Made by a program: the position numbers and the translations under genes
Shown: positions 1 to 10,727 of the stretch, piece after piece
Layout of the letters: each line of letters opens with the position of its first letter
Position numbering within the stretch: the stretch's first letter is position 1
Source: Candidatus Latescibacterota bacterium
GTDB taxonomy: Bacteria; Latescibacterota; UBA2968
DNA: 64,000 nt
Direction: 5' to 3'
Assembly (NCBI GenBank): GCA_965198115.1
Contig: OZ240241.1
Span: 6,144,001-6,208,000, forward strand
Notes under the pieces: generated by a model
Seen by the model: only the letters and a program-made list of their open reading frames with translations
Told to the model about the DNA's origin: nothing
The model's database searches: none

Positions 1-1652
1 TTGTAAAGCGTCCCACGCTCAGCTTTGTAAGCAGGTTTGCTCCACTTCGCCCGACGTGTCTCCCACTCGGCGTCATCGATGCCCACGTTGATTTCTCCAT
101 TCTCGGAATCGATCGACACCGGATCGCCCGTCTCGACGAGCGCAATCGGCCCGCCCTCGATCGCCTCCGGCACAACGTGCCCGATCAGGAATCCGTGCGA
201 ACCTCCGCTGAAGCGGCCATCCGTAATCAGGGCGACATCCTTGACCAGTCCAGCGCCCGCAAGAGCCGACGTCGGTGTCAGCATCTCAGGCATCCCGGGC
301 CCGCCCTTCGGCCCCTCGTAGCGAATGATGATCACGTCGCCCTTCTCGATCTTCTTCTGCTCCAGCGCGGCGAGCATATCCTCCTCGCTGTCGAACACGT
401 TCGCCCGACCGCTGAACTCCTCGCCTTCCTTCCCCGTGATCTTCCCCACCGCACCCTCCGGCGCCAGGTTTCCGCGTAGAATTTGCAGGTGCCCGGTTTT
501 CTTGATCGGCTTGTCGAAGGAGTAGACGATGTCCTGCTCGTCCTCGGCCGACCCGAACGGTGCGATCGTCTTCACATCCGCCAGATTCTCCGCAATCGTC
601 TTTCCCGTCACTGTCAGCTGTTCCCCGTCGATCAGGTTCGCATCCAACAGCATTTTCATCAAGCCCGGAGTCCCACCGATCTCGTGCAACTCCTCCATCA
701 CATATTTGCCCGACGGCTTCAGATCGCACAGCAGAGGCGTCTCGTTCGACACCTTTTGGAAATCATCGATCTCGAGCTCGACCCCGAAGGCTCTGGAGAT
801 TGCGAGCATATGCAGAACCGCGTTCGTCGACCCACCCGTCACCATCACGAGTCGCATTGCATTCAGGAACGATTGCCGCGTAATGATGTCCCGGGGCTTC
901 AGATCTTGTTCGAGCAGATTCCAGATCGCAGCCCCCGCTCGAAAACACTCGTTCAGCTTTCCCTTGTCCTCCGCCGGAGTACACGACGAGTAGGGGAGTG
1001 TCAACCCCATACACTCGATCGCGCTCGCCATCGTGTTGGCCGTATACATCCCCCCACACGCCCCGGCACCCGGACAGGCGTGCTCCACGATGTCCAGCCG
1101 CTCGTCGTCCGTGATCGCGTCCGTCAGAAACTCACCATAGCTCTGGAATGCCGACACGATGTCGAGCTTCCGATCTTCCCCTTGAATCTGCGTGCACCCG
1201 GGCTTGATCGTCCCACCGTAAACCATCATCGCAGGCCGGTTGAGCCGACCCATCGCCATCACCACACCCGGCATATTCTTGTCGCACCCCGGCAGAGCGA
1301 TCAGCGCATCGTACCACTGCGCACCCATCACCGTCTCGATCGAATCCGCGATCAGGTCGCGACTCTGGAGGCTGTAGGACATCCCATCCGTCCCCATCGA
1401 AATGCCATCCGAGACGCCGATCGTGTTAAAACGCATGCTCACGCAGCCGGCGTCGATCACACCCTTACGCACTTCCGCGGCCAGATCGTTCAGATGCATG
1501 TTGCACGAATTACCCTCATACCACATCGACGCGATACCCACCTGGGGCTTCGTCATATCCTCGCGCGACAGACCCGTCGCGTGGAGCATTGCCTGCGACG
1601 CCCCCTGCGACTTTCGCTGGGTAATCGTCTGACTATATGTATTCAATGCCAT
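1..1652 (-). CDS. ilvD: Dihydroxy-acid dehydratase (3' end runs off the window)
   Basis: Manual minus-strand translation from ATG 1652: [27 protein letters not shown]...GNSCNMHL...[11 protein letters not shown]...PGCDKNMPG...[11 protein letters not shown]...[14 protein letters not shown]...[11 protein letters not shown]; not in the ORF track because the stop lies outside the window. Confidence 0.97.
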   Translation of the reverse strand, partial: MALNTYSQTITQRKSQGASQAMLHATGLSREDMTKPQVGIASMWYEGNSCNMHLNDLAAEVRKGVIDAGCVSMRFNTIGVSDGISMGTDGMSYSLQSRDLIADSIETVMGAQWYDALIALPGCDKNMPGVVMAMGRLNRPAMMVYGGTIKPGCTQIQGEDRKLDIVSAFQSYGEFLTDAITDDERLDIVEHACPGAGACGGMYTANTMASAIECMGLTLPYSSCTPAEDKGKLNECFRAGAAIWNLLEQDLKPRDIITRQSFLNAMRLVMVTGGSTNAVLHMLAISRAFGVELEIDDFQKVSNETPLLCDLKPSGKYVMEELHEIGGTPGLMKMLLDANLIDGEQLTVTGKTIAENLADVKTIAPFGSAEDEQDIVYSFDKPIKKTGHLQILRGNLAPEGAVGKITGKEGEEFSGRANVFDSEEDMLAALEQKKIEKGDVIIIRYEGPKGGPGMPEMLTPTSALAGAGLVKDVALITDGRFSGGSHGFLIGHVVPEAIEGGPIALVETGDPVSIDSENGEINVGIDDAEWETRRAKWSKPAYKAERGTLY

Positions 1653-1866
1653 ATCGCCCTCTGCTTCCCTCATCTATTGTATACCACGGGTTTTGCTATC
1701 TTATTCTGGCGCCCTAATTTACACGCGCGATCGATACCGATCAACCATAGGGCTTTCCATTGTCGCTCCGGGTGAGCCTTCACTGCGCGAGACCCTGGAC
1801 CCATTCGCTTCGTCGAGATAAGTAGACCCCGGCCAAAAAGCACACCGGGGTGCCAAGTCGCCGTAA

Positions 1867-2430
1867 ATGGTTCTTCCTATGTGCCCGCCCACCGCCGACT
1901 GCCGACCGCTAACAGGTTCGTTGCCTGATCTCCTCAAGCCTGGTCTCGACCTCGTCTTCGTCGGTCTGAACCCGAGTCTCAAATCCGCGCAACTCGGACA
2001 TTACTACGCCGGACCCGGCAACCAGTTCTGGCCCTTCCTGTTCGAAGTCGGCTTCACCGATCGCCTACTGACGCCTCAGGAGGACGCATCACTCCTAGGA
2101 TACGGTATCGGTCTGACCGACGTCGTCAAACGCCCGACCCGAGGGGTCAACGATCTCTCCAGCAAAGAATTCGCGCCCGGATTCGCGGGCCTAAAACAGA
2201 AACTGGCCACCTATAGACCGAGAATGGTGGCCTTCAACGGTAAGACTGGCTACCAGACCGCCCTCGGGGTCCGCATCGACTACGGCCTTCAGTCAGACGT
2301 GCTCGAAGGCATTCCGGTTTTCGTCTGCCCGTCCACGAGCGGCGCGCTACCCATTCCTCGAAAGGAAAAACTCGATTACTTCCGCGAGGTCCACCGCCTG
2401 AGTCTTCCGAGTGATCGGAGAGGAGGGTGA
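1867..2430 (+). CDS. mug: G/U mismatch-specific DNA glycosylase (UDG family 2); true start possibly TTG 1921
   Basis: LPDLLKPGLDLVFVGLNPS, GHYYAGPGNQFW, GIGLTDVVKRPT and PSTSG motifs. Confidence 0.92.
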   Translation: MVLPMCPPTADCRPLTGSLPDLLKPGLDLVFVGLNPSLKSAQLGHYYAGPGNQFWPFLFEVGFTDRLLTPQEDASLLGYGIGLTDVVKRPTRGVNDLSSKEFAPGFAGLKQKLATYRPRMVAFNGKTGYQTALGVRIDYGLQSDVLEGIPVFVCPSTSGALPIPRKEKLDYFREVHRLSLPSDRRGG

Positions 2431-2509
2431 TCGATCGGATCTTGGTCCCTGTCATCGGCCTGGCGCTGTCGGTCGTCTTCCTCTACGCCCTCATCAGGAG
2501 GAGTTCACC

Positions 2510-3979
2510 TTGAACGAATACACAAAGGCGGAATCATTCTCCGACCTTGCTTGTCTCTGCTATTCACGCGATGAAGATGTTCGACGGCGTGAGCGGGCCA
2601 TCCAACTCCTCGAAGACGATCCCGGTCTGACATCGAACGACGTCTACGCTGCGAGCGCCGCGTGCGACGTCGAAGCCGTCCGTCGGCTGATCGACAGGGA
2701 CCCCGGCTGTGTCAACCGGCCGGGCGGACCCCGCGACTGGCCCCCGCTGATGTATCTGGCCTACAGTCGCGCATATGAGGTTCCACCGGCCCGAGACGCG
2801 GTGGCCGTCGCCCGGTTGTTGCTCGACTCAGGCGCTGACCCGCGGTTCTACATCGCTGGCGCCTCGAACCTCGGCGGATGGCGGTGGACGGCACTCACGG
2901 GCGTCATCGGTGAGGGCGAAGGCGGTGTCGTTCAGGAGCCCCCTCATCCAAGAGCACGTGAGCTCGCCGAAATGCTCCTGGAGGCTGGCGCAGACCCGAA
3001 CGAAGGCCAGGGCCTCTATAACAGTATGTTTACGCCGGGTAACGAGTGGCTGGAACTGTTGTTGTCACACGGTCTGACGAAAGAGGCGATTGCCGACCGT
3101 GACGGGGATTCCCCTGTCACGACCCTGAACTACCAATTGTCGTTCGCCGTCAAGTCAGGTTTCGTCGAAAGGGTCTCGCTGCTTCTTCAGCACGGGGCCG
3201 ATGCCCGTGGCAAGGACAACTGGTACCAGGAAGGCTCCCATCTCGAACAGGCCATACAGAATGGCTTCGGTGCCATCGTCGACCTGCTCGTCGCACACGG
3301 CGCGCCCGAACCCGACCTGTCGACTTCCGACCGATATCGCATCGCCGTGATGTCCGGAAATGAGACCGAAGCGAGACACCTTCTCGCCGGAGAGCCAGAA
3401 CTGAGGAACCAGGCGAACCTCCTGGTGAATGCAGCCCATCAAGGGCGGGTCGATCCGGTTCGGCTGCTCCTTGAACTCGGCACCGATCCGAATGAACTGG
3501 CCGAAAGTGGCCGCGGTGCGCTGCACGAAGCCGCGTGGGCCGGTCACGAAGAAGTCGTGCGGCTGCTATTGGCCAAGGGTGCCAACTGTGAGGTGCGAGA
3601 TAGCCACCACGACGGAACGGCCGTCGGGTGGGCAAACCACGCGGGTCGGTTCGATATGCGCGATCTACTGCTCGATCGCTCCCGCGACGTGTTCGACCTC
3701 GTCAGGTTCGGCAAAATAACCCGACTTAAAGCCATCCTCGATGCGGAACCGGCCCTGGCTACGATCAGCCGACCGAACGGCCAGACGCTCCTTCATACCG
3801 TGACCGCCAACGAGGCCGGTGCTCTCATCGACCTCCTTCTCGCCCACGGCGCGGACATCGACGCAAAAACCGATGACGGAGCGACACCGTTGTCTTCGTC
3901 CCTCGATCGTAAAGATGACGTAGTTGTCGCGCTATTGAAAGAACGTGGCGCCAAGAGATCGGACTCGCAGGCAAATTGA
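2510..3979 (+). CDS. Ankyrin-repeat protein
   Basis: Repeated PLMY/ALHEAA..G..VRLLL..GAD units; AGGAGGAG RBS at 2496-2503 before in-frame TTG 2510. Confidence 0.9.
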   Translation: MNEYTKAESFSDLACLCYSRDEDVRRRERAIQLLEDDPGLTSNDVYAASAACDVEAVRRLIDRDPGCVNRPGGPRDWPPLMYLAYSRAYEVPPARDAVAVARLLLDSGADPRFYIAGASNLGGWRWTALTGVIGEGEGGVVQEPPHPRARELAEMLLEAGADPNEGQGLYNSMFTPGNEWLELLLSHGLTKEAIADRDGDSPVTTLNYQLSFAVKSGFVERVSLLLQHGADARGKDNWYQEGSHLEQAIQNGFGAIVDLLVAHGAPEPDLSTSDRYRIAVMSGNETEARHLLAGEPELRNQANLLVNAAHQGRVDPVRLLLELGTDPNELAESGRGALHEAAWAGHEEVVRLLLAKGANCEVRDSHHDGTAVGWANHAGRFDMRDLLLDRSRDVFDLVRFGKITRLKAILDAEPALATISRPNGQTLLHTVTANEAGALIDLLLAHGADIDAKTDDGATPLSSSLDRKDDVVVALLKERGAKRSDSQAN

Positions 3980-3988
3980 AGGTCACGG

Positions 3989-5122
3989 ATGGACCTCACA
4001 ACCCACATCAACCAGAATCTCACGGACACGGCCTGTCTGAACTGTCGCAGCCCCGTGACCCTCACGCCTTCCCCTGGCCTTCTCACGTGTCCGGCCTGTC
4101 AGCACACGTATCCGGTATTCGATCACATCCCCATCCTGCTCCAGGACCCGGAATCGAGCCTGGCCGCTGCTCACGGGCAGCATCGGGCACTGGCCGAATC
4201 GAACGAGAAAATGATCGAAGACATCCGCGATGCCCTCGGTCGCCAGCCGAATCGCTCCGATTTGCTCGACCTGGCCATCCGCGGCTACGAATCGAACAAC
4301 AGGTATCTTCGCGAACTCCAGACAGCGATCGAGCGTCATTTGCCCCCGGCCGAAATCGACGAAATACGCGAGAACGACCGGATGCCGCGCCAATACGACC
4401 TCGACGAGGGAATCGTCTTCTTCCACAGAGACTGGTGCTGGTCCGAACGTGCCGAAGCGGAAATCGGCAAAATCGTCAACACGATTCAGGATCTGATCGG
4501 GGACTATGCGGAAGACGTCGATCGCGTGCTCGTGCCGGGCGCGGGAGCGGGTCGGTTTGCGTGTGAGTTGGCGGCCACCTATGACAGCTGTTTTGCGTTC
4601 GATTACTGCATACATATGGCTCAGATCTTCTACGATCTCCTGGCTCGGGATGTCACCCTTTACAAGATCAACCTCCGTAGCAACGTCGTGAAGACCCAGG
4701 ATATCGTCGTCGAGGATTCCCTCTCTCTCGATGCGCCTGGCGACAATCGCATTCGGTCACAGTTGAAAAACGGCACCCTGTCCTACTTCATCACGAATGC
4801 ACTCGATCTCCCGGTCTCCGGCAGCAACCTTTCCGCCATCGTCTGCGTCTACTTCATCGACATCGTCCCCATCAAAACCCACCTGAACGAAATCCAACGC
4901 ACGCTCAAACCCGGTGGGCTCTTCATCAACATCGGACCGCTTCGCTACATGAAGGGTGACGTGGCCAACATGTTGTCCGGCGAGGAAATCATGACCCTGT
5001 TCCGGGAATCTGGCTTCGACATCCTCGCGGACGGCACGGTCACGAACACCCAATTGACGAGTTCACCGGTCATCACATCGGTCCTCAGCCACAACTTCAT
5101 GTTCGTGGCGCGCAAACGATAG
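3989..5122 (+). CDS. Class I SAM methyltransferase, carnosine N-methyltransferase (N2227/CARNMT1)-like, with N-terminal Trm112-like Zn ribbon
   Basis: CLNC...CPAC..YPVFDHIPILL N-terminus; HRDW, VLVPGAGAGR, VYFID and LKPGGLFINIGPLRY match N2227 motifs. Confidence 0.75.
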   Translation: MDLTTHINQNLTDTACLNCRSPVTLTPSPGLLTCPACQHTYPVFDHIPILLQDPESSLAAAHGQHRALAESNEKMIEDIRDALGRQPNRSDLLDLAIRGYESNNRYLRELQTAIERHLPPAEIDEIRENDRMPRQYDLDEGIVFFHRDWCWSERAEAEIGKIVNTIQDLIGDYAEDVDRVLVPGAGAGRFACELAATYDSCFAFDYCIHMAQIFYDLLARDVTLYKINLRSNVVKTQDIVVEDSLSLDAPGDNRIRSQLKNGTLSYFITNALDLPVSGSNLSAIVCVYFIDIVPIKTHLNEIQRTLKPGGLFINIGPLRYMKGDVANMLSGEEIMTLFRESGFDILADGTVTNTQLTSSPVITSVLSHNFMFVARKR

Positions 5123-5149
5123 CGGGTTCAGACTTCCCCGGAGTCACCG

Positions 5150-5743
5150 ATCGCACCTTCCTACGATTGCACGCGTCCGATCCAGATCGACGAGCATCTC
5201 CGAATCCGACCCTACACTCACGAGGATACCGAAAGCCTCTACCCCAGGCTTCTCGCAGAGCAACAGGATCTTTTCATGATCGGGTCGATCGACGGCATGC
5301 GGTCGATCCACGATCTGGACCGAGAGATCGGACGTGTCAGGGGTCTCCTCGAGAACGGCGAGCGGTTGGGCGGTGCGATCGAATGGCGAGGACGTATTGT
5401 CGGCTCGGCCAAGATTTCACACATCACACAGCGTGAAGAAGGCGACCTCGGATACTGGCTCTTCAAGGAGGCCCGTGGACAGGGACTAGTCACACGGTGC
5501 GGGCGCGCATTGATCGACGCCGCCTTTCACCATCTCGATCTGAAAGCCGTCACGATTTTCGCGGCCGTCAAGAATCATAGCAGCTGCGCCGTAGCCGAAC
5601 GACTCGGTATGACCCTTGAAGAAATCAGACCGCAGTCTCTTCTTCGTGGAGGACGTAAGTACGACGGAGCCCACTACCGTGTCACCCGGGACGACTGGTC
5701 ACATCCATATGATCAAAAAGAAGAAGGGCGCTTCTCGGCCTGA
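5150..5743 (+). CDS. RimJ/RimL-family GNAT N-acetyltransferase; start uncertain (ATC 5150 or ATG 5276)
   Basis: LGYWL..ARGQGLVT, NHSSCAVAERLG; the RimL-type N-terminus IQIDEHLRIRPYTHED lies in frame upstream of the first ATG. Confidence 0.85.
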   Translation: MAPSYDCTRPIQIDEHLRIRPYTHEDTESLYPRLLAEQQDLFMIGSIDGMRSIHDLDREIGRVRGLLENGERLGGAIEWRGRIVGSAKISHITQREEGDLGYWLFKEARGQGLVTRCGRALIDAAFHHLDLKAVTIFAAVKNHSSCAVAERLGMTLEEIRPQSLLRGGRKYDGAHYRVTRDDWSHPYDQKEEGRFSA

Positions 5744-5784
5744 GAAACACCCCATTTGCAACTTCCATTTTGCCCGCTTGAGAC

Positions 5785-6768
5785 CTACTCGACGATTCTC
5801 TGATCGAACGAAAACACATTCGGACTTCGGGGATCCACGAACACCTCGATCCAATGCACGTCAGACGACCCGAACGTCTCTACGCGCGTGAAATTCGTCA
5901 AACGTTCATTCGTCACCGGATGTTTCAGCGGTTTATCGATGATGAAATAGTGGGAATCCCCGCGTGCCAGGATCACGGGCCGTCCGAACGCCACCGTCTC
6001 CTCGATCAGGGCGGTAATGAACGTGCTAAAGGCAGCCGGCACCTCGTCGGCTGTTTCCATCCGCGGGTTTCCGTGAATCGTGATGAAAAGACCACGCGCG
6101 GATTCCGTCGTCGCCTCTCGAAAGGCATTTCTGAGCCATTCGATCCCAGCCAGTGTCCGGCGCTCTACCTCCTCGTCATTCGCCGTCGTCCGTCCCTCGA
6201 ATGCGGCTGTCGCGTTGAGGCTGCCGACGATGTGAATCGTCACGAAATGCGCCCCGCCTCGCGTCCAACGAACGTTCTCCGGGAATTCGCGCCAGGCCTC
6301 TGTCGCGGTCTCGGCCTGGGACTCGACATCCATTCGCCGCTGACCGAGCGTCCGTCCCACGATCGGGTAGAATAGCGATCGCAGCTTTGCCAAACGCTCC
6401 AGAGGATCGAACCCGCCTGCCGACGCTGTGTGGCAGTCCGTCCATTCATTATCGCCCGGCGTAAGGATCAACGGATCCTCGAAACGGTTCAAAATGGCGA
6501 GCCTTCCTTCGAGAATACCATCAGAACACGACTGGGCACCCTTTTTGATATCGCCGGCGTGAATCACCCACTCCACGTCCTCGTCGGCGTTGACCTGGCC
6601 GATGAGTGCTTCGTATCTCAAACTGTCCTCGCTGGCGTAAGGTCCATCACCGATCAGCGCGAACGAATAGGTCTCGGACGCACGAGTGCATCGACCCGCG
6701 AGCAACAGCACTCCAGCCACTACGATCAATCTCATCCTCATGCCAGACCTCAGTATCGAAAGCCTCAT
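5785..6768 (-). CDS. Secreted calcineurin-like metallophosphoesterase
   Basis: Signal-like N-terminus; IGDGPY, IHAGDIK, TPGDNEWTDCH and GDSH motifs. Confidence 0.8.
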   Translation of the reverse strand: MRLSILRSGMRMRLIVVAGVLLLAGRCTRASETYSFALIGDGPYASEDSLRYEALIGQVNADEDVEWVIHAGDIKKGAQSCSDGILEGRLAILNRFEDPLILTPGDNEWTDCHTASAGGFDPLERLAKLRSLFYPIVGRTLGQRRMDVESQAETATEAWREFPENVRWTRGGAHFVTIHIVGSLNATAAFEGRTTANDEEVERRTLAGIEWLRNAFREATTESARGLFITIHGNPRMETADEVPAAFSTFITALIEETVAFGRPVILARGDSHYFIIDKPLKHPVTNERLTNFTRVETFGSSDVHWIEVFVDPRSPNVFSFDQRIVE

Positions 6769-6876
6769 GCTCGGTCGAATGCGAGAAGATTAGCGATCCC
6801 TCGATGGAACGTCAAAGAAATTGGGCGCCTCGATGGCGAGAGGCGCCCAATTCTATGTTCCTCTGACGTCTACCGC

Positions 6877-7575
6877 CTAGTCGGTGGTGTCTGCCCCCAC
6901 AGCCTCGACGACGTCCTCATCTGGCAGGGCTGGTCCCGCGGCCTCCGGCTCATCCTCACCCATCACGGTCAGCGTGTCTCCCAGAATCTTCGCGACTCCC
7001 TCGACCCCAACGTTGGACAGATCCAGAGCAGCGCTGTCGGCAGCGGTCGTGTCGGGCTTCGGCTTCTCTCCCCAATACGACGCGCGCGGGTAGAGCAAGT
7101 GGATCACGCTCTGGTTCGTCAGAAACACCTCTTCCTCGTCTTTCGTGCGAACGTAGTTGTGTGACCAGTCCCTCGATGACCGGCCGAATACCGCATAGGC
7201 CATCTCGCTCCCGTTGGTATCGAGCAACTTGATGTGGGTCCCGCTCGTATCATCGATCGAATATTTGGCCCAATTGTCGGGATTCCTGGAGATCATCGTC
7301 TCCTTCTTGACCTCCAGCACCCGTTCGAAGAAGGGATCCATCTTGTTCGGACGGATCTCGAGCGAGTCGTGTCCGGCCAGGGTCCAGTCCTCACCTTGCT
7401 TCTCAAGCGTCAGCGTATCGTCCTTCGTCCACAATTCAATCGTCTTGATGGTCTGCGTATTGGCCGGAAAAACCGCATCGGCCTGCGTACTGTAGCCACT
7501 CTGCTGCATTCGAGACACGAAAAACAGAACGATCAGGACGGCGAGTGCGATCAGGACGTACTTCAAGTTATCCAT
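6877..7575 (-). CDS. DUF4340-like membrane-anchored protein of the Gld-like ABC operon
   Basis: N-terminal TM helix; YVR...EVFL motif; usual position downstream of a GldG-like gene. Confidence 0.75.
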   Translation of the reverse strand: MDNLKYVLIALAVLIVLFFVSRMQQSGYSTQADAVFPANTQTIKTIELWTKDDTLTLEKQGEDWTLAGHDSLEIRPNKMDPFFERVLEVKKETMISRNPDNWAKYSIDDTSGTHIKLLDTNGSEMAYAVFGRSSRDWSHNYVRTKDEEEVFLTNQSVIHLLYPRASYWGEKPKPDTTAADSAALDLSNVGVEGVAKILGDTLTVMGEDEPEAAGPALPDEDVVEAVGADTTD

Positions 7576-9064
7576 AGAGCTCCTCCAATCGCCTCGTCCG
7601 ACTCCGTTCCGCCCGCCACTGAAGCAACCCGTATCCGAGGACCAGCAAGGCCGGCACTACGATATTGAGCGACTTCCACGTCGCCCGCGAGCCATCGTCG
7701 AGCGTCACCAGCGGGCGCGTCGTGATCTCCCGCGACCGAAGCGCGACCAGGTCGCGATCGCCGATCAGCACGTCGGCCGCGTTCATCGTAAAAATCACGT
7801 TCTCCGGCATTCGACCACCGGCCTCATCCAGCAAAAACGACGAATCGGACACGTAAACCAGTTGGCTCGTGGCTGTCTCCGTGGGCGACGTCGAATAGAC
7901 GGCGACGACCTTCGCGCCCTGGGTAAGTGTACTAAACGCTGGATTGTCGATCGGGGTCAGGTTGTAGAAACCCGCCATCGTCGACGATCGGCCCGACGTA
8001 TAGAACAGGGGCTCGACAGTCGACATCGAATCCGCCTCATCCCAGGTGATTTCGCTCGGAAAAATCGTATGGACCTGCTCCAGGCCCCTGACCATCACGT
8101 GATCTCCGAACGAACGAATCAAAGGAAAGAACGGATACGGAACGGCAGTGTTGATTCGAAAGAACCCCCGCTGCTGAGTCACGGTGATGTTGTTGCAACG
8201 CTCGTCCAGAACCAGGTTCTCTTCGACCGAGACGCCGTACTTGTCGAGTATGCCGAGCAAGTTCGTCGTAACCGGTGTTCCCCGCTGCGTGTTCAGACTT
8301 GCATCGATCCGGCTTTGTGTCAGGAAGAGATTGCCCCCTCGATCGACGTAGCTCTCGAGATGCTTGTATTCGTCCTCGGTCACCGAATCGGCCACACCAC
8401 TCACGAATAACAGCGTGACATTGGAGGCGACTTCCTCGTCGAGACTCACGTCCTGCACGTTGTAAGATTCGCCCAGCTGCGTCCGTATCGACTCGGTCGC
8501 GGGTTTCTGTTCACCGAAAGACACGAACCCGATGATCTGCTTCTTGTCGTCCACCATCTTCTTGATCTTGCTCGTGATCTCGTACTCGAGCCCTGTCGTT
8601 GTTTGGACCACGGGAATCGTCTCGCGCTGATCCTCATAGAGAAAAACAAGACCCATATAGACCCGCTTGATCTCGAGCTTGTCATTCTCGATCACCTGAA
8701 GCTGGACGGGCTGAATGCCATACGTCATCGCATCCTGCAATTCCTCATCATCATCCGGAGTATAAAATTCGAACCGCATATTCCCGTTCGAATAGGCGGC
8801 GTACTCTTCGAGGATATCCTGTAGAAAGCGCCGGTTGTTCCCGTATTGGCCCGGCAGATTGTCCGAGAAATAGACTTTGGCCGTGAGCAGATCATCCACT
8901 TTGTTCAACACCGCCTTGCTCGATGACGAAAGCGAGTAGACCTGGCCGCTCGTCAGATCCACACGGACGAACCAGTTCCTCGAAATGACGTTCAGCAGTG
9001 CGACCGCCGCAATCGACACACAGACGTAGATCCCGAAGGTTTTTCGACTCGTCACGTTAGCCAT
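7568..9064 (-). CDS. GldG-family ABC transporter auxiliary component
   Basis: RVDLTSGQVYSLS, LEYEITSKI, GGNLF and LVALRSR motifs; N- and C-terminal TM helices. Confidence 0.9.
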   Translation of the reverse strand: MANVTSRKTFGIYVCVSIAAVALLNVISRNWFVRVDLTSGQVYSLSSSSKAVLNKVDDLLTAKVYFSDNLPGQYGNNRRFLQDILEEYAAYSNGNMRFEFYTPDDDEELQDAMTYGIQPVQLQVIENDKLEIKRVYMGLVFLYEDQRETIPVVQTTTGLEYEITSKIKKMVDDKKQIIGFVSFGEQKPATESIRTQLGESYNVQDVSLDEEVASNVTLLFVSGVADSVTEDEYKHLESYVDRGGNLFLTQSRIDASLNTQRGTPVTTNLLGILDKYGVSVEENLVLDERCNNITVTQQRGFFRINTAVPYPFFPLIRSFGDHVMVRGLEQVHTIFPSEITWDEADSMSTVEPLFYTSGRSSTMAGFYNLTPIDNPAFSTLTQGAKVVAVYSTSPTETATSQLVYVSDSSFLLDEAGGRMPENVIFTMNAADVLIGDRDLVALRSREITTRPLVTLDDGSRATWKSLNIVVPALLVLGYGLLQWRAERSRTRRLEELYG

Positions 9065-9070
9065 ACCCGA

Positions 9071-9784
9071 TCACCTCCACTTCCGAATTTCGACCGTTCG
9101 GACGGAAAGCGTCAGAAACAGCCAGATCATCGAACCGAAGTAGATCAGATTCCGCGAGTCGACCACGCCACGCGAGATGTTCGACAGATGATGATCCACC
9201 GCCAAATACTGCACGGCGGCCGCGAACGTCGACGGTACGAACATCAGCAGCTTGTCCAACAGATAGAAGATCAAAACACCAATCGCACCGATGATGAACG
9301 CGATCACCTGGTTGTCTGTCGTCGAGCTCGCGAACGTCCCGATCGCAGCGTAGAAGGCTCCCACGAGAAGAAGACCGACATAACCACCGAGATTGGCACC
9401 GATGTCGATGTTCGACCCGACCGCGAGCAGCGTCAGAAAGTGCACGAATGTGAAAGCCAACCCCGCTGCGATCAACGTCACCGCAGCCAGATACTTGCCC
9501 AACACGAACTCGTGATCCTTGATCGGCAGGGTTGCGATCAATTCCGCGGTACCGGTGCTGTTCTCGCGCGCGATCAGTCCCATCGTCACCACCGGGCAGA
9601 AAAACAGGTAGACGAGCGGCACGATGTTGAACAGTGCACGCATATCCGATTGGTTGATCAGGAAGAACGTATTGGAAAAGAAATAGCCGTTCAGTAGAAC
9701 GAACGAAACGAGAAAGATGTAAGCCATCGGACTCTTGAAGTAGCTGGTCACTTCCTTCGTGTAAATCGTTCGGATGTTATGCAC
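9071..9784 (-). CDS. GldF-like ABC-2 permease
   Basis: KEVTSYFKSPMAY, E..TGTAELIATLP, VLGKYLA and RGVVDSRNLIYF motifs. Confidence 0.9.
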   Translation of the reverse strand: MHNIRTIYTKEVTSYFKSPMAYIFLVSFVLLNGYFFSNTFFLINQSDMRALFNIVPLVYLFFCPVVTMGLIARENSTGTAELIATLPIKDHEFVLGKYLAAVTLIAAGLAFTFVHFLTLLAVGSNIDIGANLGGYVGLLLVGAFYAAIGTFASSTTDNQVIAFIIGAIGVLIFYLLDKLLMFVPSTFAAAVQYLAVDHHLSNISRGVVDSRNLIYFGSMIWLFLTLSVRTVEIRKWR

Positions 9785-10727
9785 GTTCCGGCCCTCCTTC
9801 CGCGGTCAGGTCACGGAACACATCCTCCAGTTGGACGCGGAATGGACTCATTTCCAAAATTACCCATCCCGATGTCTTCGCGTAATTGAAGATCGCTTCA
9901 CGCGGGTCCGTCCCGCGATCGTACTCCAGCGACAGCACGAATCCTCCGCCTCCGGCCGGGGTCGACTCTTTCACGTCGACGCCCTCAACCTGCGTCGGCA
10001 GCCCGCTCACGGTCTCATCTGAAGCGTGAATCACCTCGAGCGTCAACTGCGTGCGACCCTGGAAGCTCGACATCAGCATCTCCGTCGTCCCATCCGCCAC
10101 GATCTCTCCGCGGTCGATGATTACGATGCGGTCGACGGTCGCGGCGATCTCCTGCAGGATGTGGCTCGACATGATCACCATCTTCTCTCGTCCGAGATCC
10201 TTGATCAGCTCACGAATCTCGACGATCTGATTCGGATCGAGACCGGACACCGGCTCGTCCAGAATCAGAATCTTGGGATCGTGGATCATCGCCGCCGCCA
10301 GACCCAGACGCTGACGGTAACCTTTGGAGCACTCGGCGATCGGTCGGTGCACTACATCGGACAGACCGCATTGCTCTACCACGCGGCCAAGCGCCTGAGT
10401 CCACGACTTCCCTTCGAGTCCCCGAATCTTCGCTGTGAACTCCAGATAGTCGAAGACCTTCATCTCGGTGTAGAGCGGGTTCGATTCGGGGAGGTAACCG
10501 ATTTGCTCGCGTATCGCCAGCGAGTTCTCGACGACGTTCATGCCGTCTACCAGAACGTTGCCGGCCGTCGGGGCAAGAAAGCCCGTCATTACCTTGAGTG
10601 TCGTGGACTTCCCTGCACCGTTAGCACCCAGAAAACCGAGGATTTCCCCATCCTGAATCTCGAAGGAGATTCCTTTGAGCGCCTCGAAATGCCCGTAGTG
10701 CTTGACGAGATTATCGACTCTGATCAT
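9777..10727 (-). CDS. GldA-like ABC transporter ATP-binding protein
   Basis: Walker A GANGAGKST, signature SKGYRQR, ILDEP; ATG 10727 after a GGAGG RBS. Confidence 0.93.
   Translation of the reverse strand: MIRVDNLVKHYGHFEALKGISFEIQDGEILGFLGANGAGKSTTLKVMTGFLAPTAGNVLVDGMNVVENSLAIREQIGYLPESNPLYTEMKVFDYLEFTAKIRGLEGKSWTQALGRVVEQCGLSDVVHRPIAECSKGYRQRLGLAAAMIHDPKILILDEPVSGLDPNQIVEIRELIKDLGREKMVIMSSHILQEIAATVDRIVIIDRGEIVADGTTEMLMSSFQGRTQLTLEVIHASDETVSGLPTQVEGVDVKESTPAGGGGFVLSLEYDRGTDPREAIFNYAKTSGWVILEMSPFRVQLEDVFRDLTAEGGPERA

Noticed and set aside
483-1775. 430-aa plus-strand ORF and similar long antisense ORFs (e.g. 58052-59329, 59339-60397)
   Set aside because: These are shadow ORFs opposite ilvD and polA, typical of GC-rich coding DNA, with no recognisable motifs.
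6877-10727. Gliding motility system
   Set aside because: GldA/F/G-like ABC operons with DUF4340 are widespread in non-gliding bacteria, and no gldK-N or spr genes are present here.
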